Both the position numbers and the translations under genes were made by a program. Under the pieces are notes generated by a model. That model ran no database searches. It saw only the letters and a program-made list of their open reading frames with translations, and had not been told where the DNA came from. Positions 28,840 through 37,191 of a stretch of DNA of 64,000 nt are shown here, piece by piece (within the stretch, counting starts at the first letter, position 1; every line of letters starts with the position of its first letter). The DNA is from a virus (lineage: Duplodnaviria > Caudoviricetes): the IMG/VR virus record IMGVR_UViG_2926647115_000001, one strand, 5' to 3'.

Positions 28840-29682
28840 TTACCCGCAGCAGCACGCCGGGGTGAACTGCACCGCGGCGGCGAGGCAGTCCCAACCGACG
28901 ACGTACTGCCGCTCCGCAAGAGCGGTGAAGTCGTTGTTGCTGCGGTTCAGCCCCGCCTCAGGAGGGTTCGGAACCGCGGTGATGGGGCCACGCCGCACCA
29001 CGACGGGCCCGGTCGCGTACACCCAGAAACTCCCCGCCGGCGCCGCAACACCACCGGGGCCGACGTTCGCTTCGCTGTACCCGGCGCCGGCCACCACCGG
29101 CGTCCCGAGTGTGGTGACGAGCCGCCCCGCTTCGCGGGCCAGGTGGTCCTTGAGCCACGGGGCCGCGGCCCTGGGCACGTGCAGCACCGGTTCGCCGGTG
29201 AACTCGGCGTCGGCGTGCTCGTACAGCAGCGACAGCAGTTCCTCGGCGCAGGTCGCGGTGCCGAGGTTGACGGTGTCGGCGTCGGCCAGGAATGGCAGGT
29301 TCCCGCCTTCGCCGCTCATCACCGCGTATTCGACGGCCTGCTGTTCCCCGGCCTCCAGGTGCTCACGCGCCCGCCGCTGGGCCTCCTCCAGGCTGTAGCC
29401 GAGCAGGCGACACCGGAACGACCCGTACACCGTGATCGGGCTGGCCTCGACGGTGCCGGGCTGGTCGGCGAAGTCCTTCTCGGTGGTGGCGGGAACGTCC
29501 GGGTTGCCGCCCCCGGTTGGGAGACAGTCCTCGACGAACAGGCCGGGCCGCCCGCACGGGAGCGGCTGCCACTGCACACCCATCAACTCGTGCATATCGG
29601 TGGCGTCCACGATGGACGCCGCCGAGAACAGGCCGTACCGGTGCGGTGTGCGCACCGGCGCGGCGACAGTCACACCCGCCAT
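28840..29682 (-). CDS. Second capsid protein (pentamer-type by analogy with cluster-B actinophages)
   Basis: 280 aa directly after the main capsid gene; YGLFS, EQQAVE, TLGTPVVAGAGY and N...ALAER motifs. Confidence 0.6.
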   Translation of the reverse strand: MAGVTVAAPVRTPHRYGLFSAASIVDATDMHELMGVQWQPLPCGRPGLFVEDCLPTGGGNPDVPATTEKDFADQPGTVEASPITVYGSFRCRLLGYSLEEAQRRAREHLEAGEQQAVEYAVMSGEGGNLPFLADADTVNLGTATCAEELLSLLYEHADAEFTGEPVLHVPRAAAPWLKDHLAREAGRLVTTLGTPVVAGAGYSEANVGPGGVAAPAGSFWVYATGPVVVRRGPITAVPNPPEAGLNRSNNDFTALAERQYVVGWDCLAAAVQFTPACCCG

Positions 29683-29784
29683 GCAGACCCTCTCCCAAAA
29701 CCGTTACCTGACAACGAGGTGCGGCCCGGTGGGGGCTGTGGGGGAACCACGAGCGGCTGCCCCCACCGGACCACGATTTCGGGG

Positions 29785-31650
29785 CTACGGGTTGTCCGGG
29801 TCCTCCGGCGCGACGGTGCCGCCGGTGTCCGGAGGGGTCGTCGCGCAGCTGTTGAAGCAGGAGATGACGTTGCCGCAGTGCGTCGCACCCGACGGGCACA
29901 CCGGGATCGTGACGAGCCGGGAGTCGGTGCACAGATCGGCGACCAGGAAACCCTGCTCGGTGAACAGCCGGGTCATCTTGTTCTGCGCCAGCAGCGCCGA
30001 GTCGTACAGCGTCTCGATGTCGATGATCGGCTCCAGGCCGCGCACGAACGTGCCCTCGCGGTACAGCAGGAACTTCACCGTGCACGGCCACGCGAGCTGG
30101 GTGCCCGGCGCGCCGACGGTCTCGGTCTGCCAGCCCTTGACCCACTGGATCCGGCCGACACCGCGGTCGGTGAACAGCGAGTCGATGTAGGCGTCGGTGA
30201 CCTTGAGCAGGTCCACGCCGAGCCGGTTCGCCAGGTCGGCGCGGATGATGCTGCGCACCCACCGCGGCAGGACGACGACGGGGCGGTCACCCACGCCGAG
30301 GAAGTAGTCCGCGCGCAGGTCCTCGATCTGGAACTCGAGCGTGTTGAGCAGGGTGGCGGTGAACCCGCTGCCCTGCAGCATCGGCGCGGTGTCCGGGTAG
30401 TTCACCGCGATGGACAGCGCCTCCATCCGCGCGATGGTGGCCGCGGAGATCCGGACGGCGTGGGCGACCATCACGCCGCGCACGTACCGCTCCACCCACT
30501 CCGGGAACGCCTTGGCCTGCAGCAACCCCACGTTGAGGCACGCGCCCTCGACACAGGCCCGGACCTCTTCCGGCTCGGGGCAGGGGACCTCGGCGCACGG
30601 CTTGGTGACGCCGGTGATCAACTCCGGCTCGCAGAACCCCCACAGCGCCGAGTTGAAGTCGGAGATGTTGGGGGACTTGAAGTACTGGATACCGCCCCGC
30701 GTGATCGGGATCTCCGGCAGCGAGATGAGCTGGTCGGCGACCTCCGGCTCACACATGTCGTACAACGTCTCTGAGGGAGCACACCAGCCACCGGCGGCGG
30801 TGAGCACGTCCCGCTGCTCGTCGCGCGAGATGTAGTCGCGGACAGCTTCCAGCATGCGGGTGGTGACGGCGCTGCCGGACTCCGACCGGGTCACCGGCTC
30901 GTTGAACGCGTCGATGTGCGCCCGCGCGACCATGGCCTGCCGCTCGCCGCTGTGGACGGCGATCGCCTCGGTCCGGCGCACGACGGCCTCGCCCAGCTCG
31001 CTGCCGGACTGGAACGTCGCCCCCGCCGACGTGCCGGGGATCTCCGCTCCCGCGGTGAGCACGCTGTACCAGGCGGCGCGCGGCTTCGTGGTGGCCGGCG
31101 GGGTCGGGGCCGGGGCACGGTTGGCGATGTCGGCCACCGACGGACGCCCAGCGGACGCGGCCATAGCCAGCTCCTGCCCGGCCTCCTGCCCGGCGGTGTC
31201 CGGCGCGGCCGGGGTGTCCACCTGCGCGGCGGCTTCCTGCCGCGCGGCCTCGGCGGCCTGCTCCGCGGCGGCCCGCTCGGCCTCCACACGCGCCGCCTCG
31301 GCGCGGGCGGTCTCCTCGGCCTCACGCTGCGCGGCCTCCGCGGCTTCCCGCTCGGCACGCTCCGCGGCCTCACGCTCCGCGCGTTCCGCGGCTTCGGCGC
31401 GGCGCCGCTCGGCGGCCTGCGCGGCGGCCTCGGCCTCCGCGCGCTGAGCGGCGGCGGCGTCGATCGCGTCGACGCGCTCACCGATCTGCGGCAGCGCCGC
31501 GGCGATCTGGCCCATCTCGGCGGTCACCTCGTCGGTGGCCTCCGCATCACGCAGCTCGTTGAACCGGGCCAGCAACTGGCCTTCCAGCTCGACGAGCTGT
31601 TCACGATTGAGCTGAGTGATGTCCTCGGGAATCTCGGGACGGTCAGGCAT
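29785..31650 (-). CDS. Major capsid protein with N-terminal coiled-coil scaffold (hexamer-type)
   Basis: Ala/Glu/Arg coiled-coil N-terminus; AAGGWCAPSETLYD, LPEIPITRGG, IRADLA and YDS.LL..N...LFTE motifs. Confidence 0.85.
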   Translation of the reverse strand: MPDRPEIPEDITQLNREQLVELEGQLLARFNELRDAEATDEVTAEMGQIAAALPQIGERVDAIDAAAAQRAEAEAAAQAAERRRAEAAERAEREAAERAEREAAEAAQREAEETARAEAARVEAERAAAEQAAEAARQEAAAQVDTPAAPDTAGQEAGQELAMAASAGRPSVADIANRAPAPTPPATTKPRAAWYSVLTAGAEIPGTSAGATFQSGSELGEAVVRRTEAIAVHSGERQAMVARAHIDAFNEPVTRSESGSAVTTRMLEAVRDYISRDEQRDVLTAAGGWCAPSETLYDMCEPEVADQLISLPEIPITRGGIQYFKSPNISDFNSALWGFCEPELITGVTKPCAEVPCPEPEEVRACVEGACLNVGLLQAKAFPEWVERYVRGVMVAHAVRISAATIARMEALSIAVNYPDTAPMLQGSGFTATLLNTLEFQIEDLRADYFLGVGDRPVVVLPRWVRSIIRADLANRLGVDLLKVTDAYIDSLFTDRGVGRIQWVKGWQTETVGAPGTQLAWPCTVKFLLYREGTFVRGLEPIIDIETLYDSALLAQNKMTRLFTEQGFLVADLCTDSRLVTIPVCPSGATHCGNVISCFNSCATTPPDTGGTVAPEDPDNP

Positions 31651-31707
31651 GTCGAAGCCCCCCAGACATGCTCGGGCGCATCCCCTCGCCCTTCCCGTGC
31701 GCATAAG

Positions 31708-31768
31708 AAAAGGGACCGGGGACACGCAAAGAAACAAGAGGTCTTTGCGATGTGCCCGGTCCCCTTTG
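31708..31768. promoter_or_regulatory. Long imperfect hairpin upstream of the major capsid gene
   Basis: AAAGGGACCGGG..GCAAAGA pairs with TCTTTGC..CCCGGTCCCCTTT. Confidence 0.45.
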
Positions 31769-31877
31769 AGACCAGCAGCACGGTCACGCCAGAACGCAAT
31801 CGTGCGTCCCGGGAACGTTCACCGGCAGCATATCACCCTGGTTGCGCAACACCAGCGCAACCGGGCCACGGAGCGTG

Positions 31878-32060
31878 TCAGCCGCGGGTGCGGATCGTCG
31901 CGCCCGGCAGCGCGGCCTTCTTCGACTCCGCGGCGGCCTTGTCGTGGGTGCGGTACTTGACCACCCCGTTCTGCAGCACCTCGTAGGTGGTGCCGCCGGA
32001 CGCCGCTCGCGCCGCCGCCGTGGCCGTCGAGCCCTTCCCCTTGCTGCAGTTGCACCCCAT
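31878..32060 (-). CDS. Small basic MGCNC protein
   Basis: 60 aa with GAGGGGG RBS, between the protease and capsid genes. Confidence 0.7.
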   Translation of the reverse strand: MGCNCSKGKGSTATAAARAASGGTTYEVLQNGVVKYRTHDKAAAESKKAALPGATIRTRG

Positions 32061-34798
32061 CAGTTGCTCCCCCTCTTCGTGTATCGGTTGATCTCCCGGG
32101 CAGTCGCGGCCACCTGGGCCTGCGCCACCACAGCCGTCGCGGCCTCCAACGCCTGGGCGCGCTGCTGCCGCGCCTCCAACGCCTCAACCGCCTTCTCGGC
32201 GGCCCGCTCGGCGGCGCGCTCCACGATGTGCAGCGGATCCACCGGCCGGCGCGGGATGTGCGCCACCATCGCGCGCGCCAGGTCCGCCGAGGCCGTCACC
32301 GCAACGGTTTCGGCGTCCAGCGGCGCCACCGGGAACCCGGGGTTGTCCACCCCGACGGCGGCCATGAGCTCCAGCGACACCGTGCGCCATTCCCCGGAGA
32401 TGTGGCGCAGCTTCGCCACGTCCTCCACCGTCAGCCCCGGCACCAGCGACCCGGCCGCGACGATGCCGTGCTCGTCCTCGTAGAACCGCACGTTCGCCGC
32501 CGGGGTGCACATGGCCTCGTGGTACTCCCGCGCGTCGCGGTACGGGGCGTTGTCGGCGGCGTGCGGGCAGCCCACGATCAGCTGCCCGGCCCGGATCTGT
32601 GTCCCGTCCGCGGTGACGACGTCCTTGTGGTGCGCCAGTTCGTAGTCGATCGTGGAGCTGGGCGGCGGCGGCACGCACTCGCCCTCGAACCCGCGGTGGC
32701 ACGAGTTCCACAGCGCGATGTGCCCGAACACCTGCCCCTCGGGCGTGACCGTGATCGGCGTGGCCGCGGTCAGGTGCTGGTCCTCGAACCACTCGGCTGG
32801 CGGCGCCTCGGGCGCGTTCTCCACTGCCTGCGCCACGATCGCCACCGCATCCACCGCGGCCGCCGTCACGACCGGCGCCGCGGTCTCCGTGCTCGTTCCC
32901 ACGGGCTCACCCCCAGTGTCATCGGCTCGCGCCGTAACGGTCTTCCCGGCGTCCCCCGCGGACGCCTCCAACAGGTCCTCGACGGTGTCGACTTCGTCCA
33001 GCTCGTCACGGTCCTCGTCGTCGATCTCCGGCGCGAGCTGGCCCACCAGCGGGTAGTCGACGTACTCGCCACCGAACGCGACGCGGATCCGGTCCAGCGT
33101 GATCGGCCCGACCCGCTCCACCAGCCGCGCCACGTCGCTGGTGCGGTACGTGGCGGTGCAGTGCGGGATCCACGGGTTGTGTTGCTCCGGCAGCGGCACG
33201 TCCCCCAGCTCGTGCACCCGTTCGCACACGGACTCGTGCATCGCGGACAGGGTGCCGGTGTTGTCCCCCACCAGGTACACCACGCACTCGTCGTCCGTGC
33301 CCGGGTTGAACGCCGCCGCGGCCCACGCGTTCCCCTCGATCACCGGACCGATCGCCGCGATGTCCGCGGCGAGCTGGTGCACCGCGGCCTGCTGCTCGCT
33401 GCCCCACTGCGCCGCCTCACCGAGGAACAGCAACGTCACGTGCAGCTCCTCCAGCGGCATCGGGGTGCCGTCGTCCTGCACCGCGTCCTCGAGCGCAAGC
33501 CGCTGCACGTCGGCCTCCGATGGGATGAGCGCGATCATCCCGCTGGTGTGCTCGGCCGTCACCACCTCGGCCGGCTCGGTGTCGTCGGTAGCCTCCACGG
33601 CCTCGCACGGGCACGCCATGCTGTCCCCCATCTCCCCGTCCGCGGCCATGCCGCGCTCGTTCGGCCACTTCCCGGTGGTGAGCTTGTGGAGGCGCGCACA
33701 GGCCCCCTTGCGTTCCGAGTCGTCGTGGATGTACTCGGCCAAGTACCGGTCGCACCTGGTGAAGTCACCCGGGGAGCCCCACGCGATCTTCGCCGCGCCT
33801 TCCCCAGCGGTCCAGTACTGCAACAGCTGCGGCGGCATCACCGCCTCCAGACTCGGCTGCGCCTCGTCGACATCGGCGGCCACCGACGCGCCGCGGAACT
33901 CTCGCTCCATCGCCTCCCGCTCCCGTTCGATCAACTCCGGAGACAGCCCGATCACCAGGTCCTCCGCAACGGCTACGGCCACGCAGCGGCAGTTGATCAC
34001 CTCGTCAGCGGGCCCGAGCGGATCGCCCGGGTACCGCAGCGGGAACCCTCCGACCCGGAACGGCTCCCCGGACTCCACGATCTGCCGGTGCGCGCGACGG
34101 TGGGTCGGCCGTGTGCGGTTGTCCTGCGTGGCGATCCACATGCGCCGAAGCCGCTCGCCCAGCTCGGTCTCCGCGGCGTCGAGCGCGCGGGCCTGCGCGT
34201 AGTTGAACGCCCCAGTCGTCTCGGTGCGGGCAATCCGTTCGGCCTCCGGCGCCCACTCCTGGGTGTCGAGCTGTTGCGCCACCCGCTCACGCAGCTCTTG
34301 CGGCGTCTCCCCGCGCTCGAACCCCTCGGCCAGCTGGTGCTGGACCTGCTCCCACACCTGGTCCGGCACGTTCACCAGCCGGTTGCCGGCCTCGCGCACG
34401 TAGTCCGCGGCCATCTCGTCCACCCGCGCGCGGGTGCCGTCGGGCAGCGGGCGCGGGCCCGGGACCTCCGGCACCCCGGGGACGACCGAATCCGGGTCCC
34501 GTGGGCCGGGCGTTGGTGACGTGCGGGGAAGCCTCTCCAACCGGCCGGTGATCAGCCGCGTAATCGCCCTGCGCAGCCACGCAAGGATCGCCTGCACGGC
34601 GCTGTCCCAAGCCTGCCGGGCCGCGGCCCGGATGCTCTCCGCGTTCGGGGTGCCGCCGCCGTTCGCGGCTGCACGGGCGGCGGCCACCATCTGCTCGACA
34701 GCGTCACGGACAACGTTCTCCGCCTCGACCTGCAGGGCCTCAACCTCACGGTGGGCCTGCTCGAACGCGCGCTCGACGTCGCGGTCACTCGGCGCCAT
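32060..34798 (-). CDS. MuF-like / 2H-phosphoesterase / capsid maturation protease fusion
   Basis: MuF motifs AERIARTET, W.AT.D.RTRPTH, PGDP...EVINCRC; 2H motifs LHVTL and PHCT; protease-like GHIALW..CH, EDEHGI, SGEWR and PGFP. Confidence 0.82.
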   Translation of the reverse strand: MAPSDRDVERAFEQAHREVEALQVEAENVVRDAVEQMVAAARAAANGGGTPNAESIRAAARQAWDSAVQAILAWLRRAITRLITGRLERLPRTSPTPGPRDPDSVVPGVPEVPGPRPLPDGTRARVDEMAADYVREAGNRLVNVPDQVWEQVQHQLAEGFERGETPQELRERVAQQLDTQEWAPEAERIARTETTGAFNYAQARALDAAETELGERLRRMWIATQDNRTRPTHRRAHRQIVESGEPFRVGGFPLRYPGDPLGPADEVINCRCVAVAVAEDLVIGLSPELIEREREAMEREFRGASVAADVDEAQPSLEAVMPPQLLQYWTAGEGAAKIAWGSPGDFTRCDRYLAEYIHDDSERKGACARLHKLTTGKWPNERGMAADGEMGDSMACPCEAVEATDDTEPAEVVTAEHTSGMIALIPSEADVQRLALEDAVQDDGTPMPLEELHVTLLFLGEAAQWGSEQQAAVHQLAADIAAIGPVIEGNAWAAAAFNPGTDDECVVYLVGDNTGTLSAMHESVCERVHELGDVPLPEQHNPWIPHCTATYRTSDVARLVERVGPITLDRIRVAFGGEYVDYPLVGQLAPEIDDEDRDELDEVDTVEDLLEASAGDAGKTVTARADDTGGEPVGTSTETAAPVVTAAAVDAVAIVAQAVENAPEAPPAEWFEDQHLTAATPITVTPEGQVFGHIALWNSCHRGFEGECVPPPPSSTIDYELAHHKDVVTADGTQIRAGQLIVGCPHAADNAPYRDAREYHEAMCTPAANVRFYEDEHGIVAAGSLVPGLTVEDVAKLRHISGEWRTVSLELMAAVGVDNPGFPVAPLDAETVAVTASADLARAMVAHIPRRPVDPLHIVERAAERAAEKAVEALEARQQRAQALEAATAVVAQAQVAATAREINRYTKRGSN

Positions 34799-36758
34799 CG
34801 ACGCAGCCCTCCACGACGTGGGTCAGCCGGTCGAGGTCGTGGGGGCGGCGGTCCACGATCAGCTCCGACACGTACCCGGCGAGGCTGGCTTGCAGGCATT
34901 CCGGGTTCGCGCCGTGCTTGGCCGCGATCCCCGGGACCTGCGGGAAGCTGCCGCCGAACATCGCCTCGGCGTGCTCGCGCGGCGTCTCGTGCGGTTCCCG
35001 GTCCGCGGTGAGGGAGTGCACCAGGTAGATGGCCTGGGTGTCCACGTCCCGGCATGCCGCCACCCGGGACCGCTTCCGCTTCCGCCATGCCGCGCCCGCG
35101 CGTCCAAGTGCGGAGCACACCACGACGTCGCACGCCGCCACCAGCGGCCGCACGTCCGGCCTAGCCGAGGCCGTCGCCGCCGGAGTAGCCGGTGGCTGCG
35201 GCGCGGCGGGAGCGGGTTCGCCGGGGTCGGCTGGCGCCTCGGTGGTGGTGTCGCTGGGCGCGGCAGGACCCTGCTCGCCCTGCCCGTCCTCGAGCTGCCG
35301 CGGTTCGTCCCGCTGTGTGGTGGACTCGACCCGGATGGTGTCCTTCAACCCGAGCAGCGGCGCCAGCTGGCCCCACAAGTCCGGGTGGTTCTTGAGCGCC
35401 TGGAACGCGAGGATCTTGACTCGCTCTGGCCCGTCCGGGGCCTCGCCGTCGCGCAGGCCGGTGAAGGTGCGCAGCCCGTCGCCGTTCAGCTCGCCCCGGT
35501 CATACAGCTGGATCGCGGCCTCAGTGCGGTCCGGCTTGATCTCCAGGTCCGAGAGGTCCCACCGCACCACGTGCGTGTCGTCCAGGGCGGGCACGATGAG
35601 GCCCTTGGTGAGTGCTGAGGCGATCGCCGCCACCCGCCGGACGACGTGGGTGCGGATGGACTCGGACTGGATGAACTCCGCGTTGGAGTACTTGACACCG
35701 GAAAAGCCGGTCATCGTCTCCGGGGCCATGTCCATCGACATCGCGACCCGCCGGAGGTTCATCTCCCGGAACTCGTTGACGATGCCGGTCAGCTCATAGT
35801 CGAGCTTGAGGTGTTCCAGCCGCGTGTCGGCCGGCATCTTCAGCAGCACCGGGAGGATCGCCGCGGCGGTGCCCGGGTTGGCGATGTTCGCTTGCCCGAC
35901 GGTGGCCAGCATGTGCATCAGCGGGTCCATGCCCTCCGGCACATTCGCACCAGGGGGCGCGATCGGCGCGGCCTCGGCCGGCACCTGGAGGATGCCCGCG
36001 ACGGCGATTCGGGAGAGCAGGGTGGCCTGCACGTACTGGTCCAGGCGGCACAGCTCCCGCAGGTACGGGATCGCGGGTCGAGTGGAGGAGTCGACCTGCC
36101 AGGCACGGCCGGGGTGCCGGTCCCACATGTGGATCACCAGCGTGCCCTTGGGGAGTCGTTCCTTGCGCGCCCCACCTCGGTCCACAAGGTACGGGGAGCC
36201 ACCCTTGTCGTTAGCCCGCTTCAGCTCTTGCTTGTCGAGCTTGAAGTCCTGGTCCGACCAGACGGCCCAGCCGTCGTCGTCGGACACGGTGATCAACGAC
36301 TGGCCGCTGATCATGCCCTGCACGCCGAGCGCCCACTTCAACTCCGCGGACATGGTTTCGCCGCCGAGCAGGTCCCGGGACAGCGCGGCCGCGTCTCCGG
36401 TCTCCACCTCGCGTGGCACACCGTCGTCGTCGTACTTCGCGACGAACAGGCGGGCCTGGGCCACCGAGCGGCCGTTCTGCCCGGCGACGTAATGCAGTTC
36501 ACCGACGCTGTCGTAGTACTGCCAACACTCCGTTTCCCAGCCCTCGGCGTTGTTGGGCCGGATCAGCCGGCCGGTCGGCGGGTCACCGATCCGGTAGGAC
36601 TCGGCGGTAGCGATGAGCGCGGGCGCGGCAGCCTTCTCCCACATCGCCCGCACCCGCTGCTGGGTCGCTTCGTCGGCGCCCATCTCCTGCGCCTTCTGGC
36701 CGGCGCGCTGAAGCTCCTCATCCACCCACCCGCTCACGGGTGGCCGCTTACCGCCCAC
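34785..36758 (-). CDS. Portal protein
   Basis: 657 aa after the terminase; W.YYDSVGEL.Y, W..HP, ATLLSRIAVAGIL.VP and A...DM.PE motifs. Confidence 0.85.
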   Translation of the reverse strand: MGGKRPPVSGWVDEELQRAGQKAQEMGADEATQQRVRAMWEKAAAPALIATAESYRIGDPPTGRLIRPNNAEGWETECWQYYDSVGELHYVAGQNGRSVAQARLFVAKYDDDGVPREVETGDAAALSRDLLGGETMSAELKWALGVQGMISGQSLITVSDDDGWAVWSDQDFKLDKQELKRANDKGGSPYLVDRGGARKERLPKGTLVIHMWDRHPGRAWQVDSSTRPAIPYLRELCRLDQYVQATLLSRIAVAGILQVPAEAAPIAPPGANVPEGMDPLMHMLATVGQANIANPGTAAAILPVLLKMPADTRLEHLKLDYELTGIVNEFREMNLRRVAMSMDMAPETMTGFSGVKYSNAEFIQSESIRTHVVRRVAAIASALTKGLIVPALDDTHVVRWDLSDLEIKPDRTEAAIQLYDRGELNGDGLRTFTGLRDGEAPDGPERVKILAFQALKNHPDLWGQLAPLLGLKDTIRVESTTQRDEPRQLEDGQGEQGPAAPSDTTTEAPADPGEPAPAAPQPPATPAATASARPDVRPLVAACDVVVCSALGRAGAAWRKRKRSRVAACRDVDTQAIYLVHSLTADREPHETPREHAEAMFGGSFPQVPGIAAKHGANPECLQASLAGYVSELIVDRRPHDLDRLTHVVEGCVDGAE

Positions 36759-36788
36759 ACGCTCACCTCCCCCCGGTTCGCTTCCTGG

Positions 36789-37118
36789 TTAGGCGTGCAC
36801 GACCGCGGTGGACACGGCGAACGAGGAGGCCCACACCCCCGCGACGTACTGCCACCAGCGCTTCTCGCCCCACAGGTGCGCGCTGGTGACGGTGGCGGCG
36901 GTGATCCAGAACCCGATACACCACGGGCAGTTCACCAGCTGTGTGGCCCAGTGCGGGTCGTGCTCGGCATCGTCGGCTGTGTACTCCTCGCCGTGCTTGC
37001 GCACGTTGGCCCAGTGTTCGAGCTTCGCGCGCGGCACGTCCGTGATGGAGTCGCGCGTCACCAGCCGTGTGAGACGCGCCGCCGCACCGATCGCGAGCAG
37101 CGCCGTTCCCGGCCTCAT
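36789..37118 (-). CDS. DUF1360-like membrane protein
   Basis: ARLTRLVTRDSIT and LVNCPWCIGFW motifs. Confidence 0.75.
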   Translation of the reverse strand: MRPGTALLAIGAAARLTRLVTRDSITDVPRAKLEHWANVRKHGEEYTADDAEHDPHWATQLVNCPWCIGFWITAATVTSAHLWGEKRWWQYVAGVWASSFAVSTAVVHA

Positions 37119-37191
37119 CCCCCAGTTCACCCCCCAGTGAAGAACCAGCCGCGGCCGGTTCGCCTTGATCGTACCGCTCCTGTTGCGCAAT

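Noticed and set aside
31230-31460. GCC/GCG-rich tandem repeats in the capsid gene
   Set aside because: Explained by the Ala/Glu/Arg coiled-coil scaffold sequence
14413-34519. Very long + strand ORFs (14413-17502, 20084-22147, 27313-30774, 32228-34519)
   Set aside because: Antisense shadows of real - strand genes, expected in high-GC DNA; no motifs or RBS
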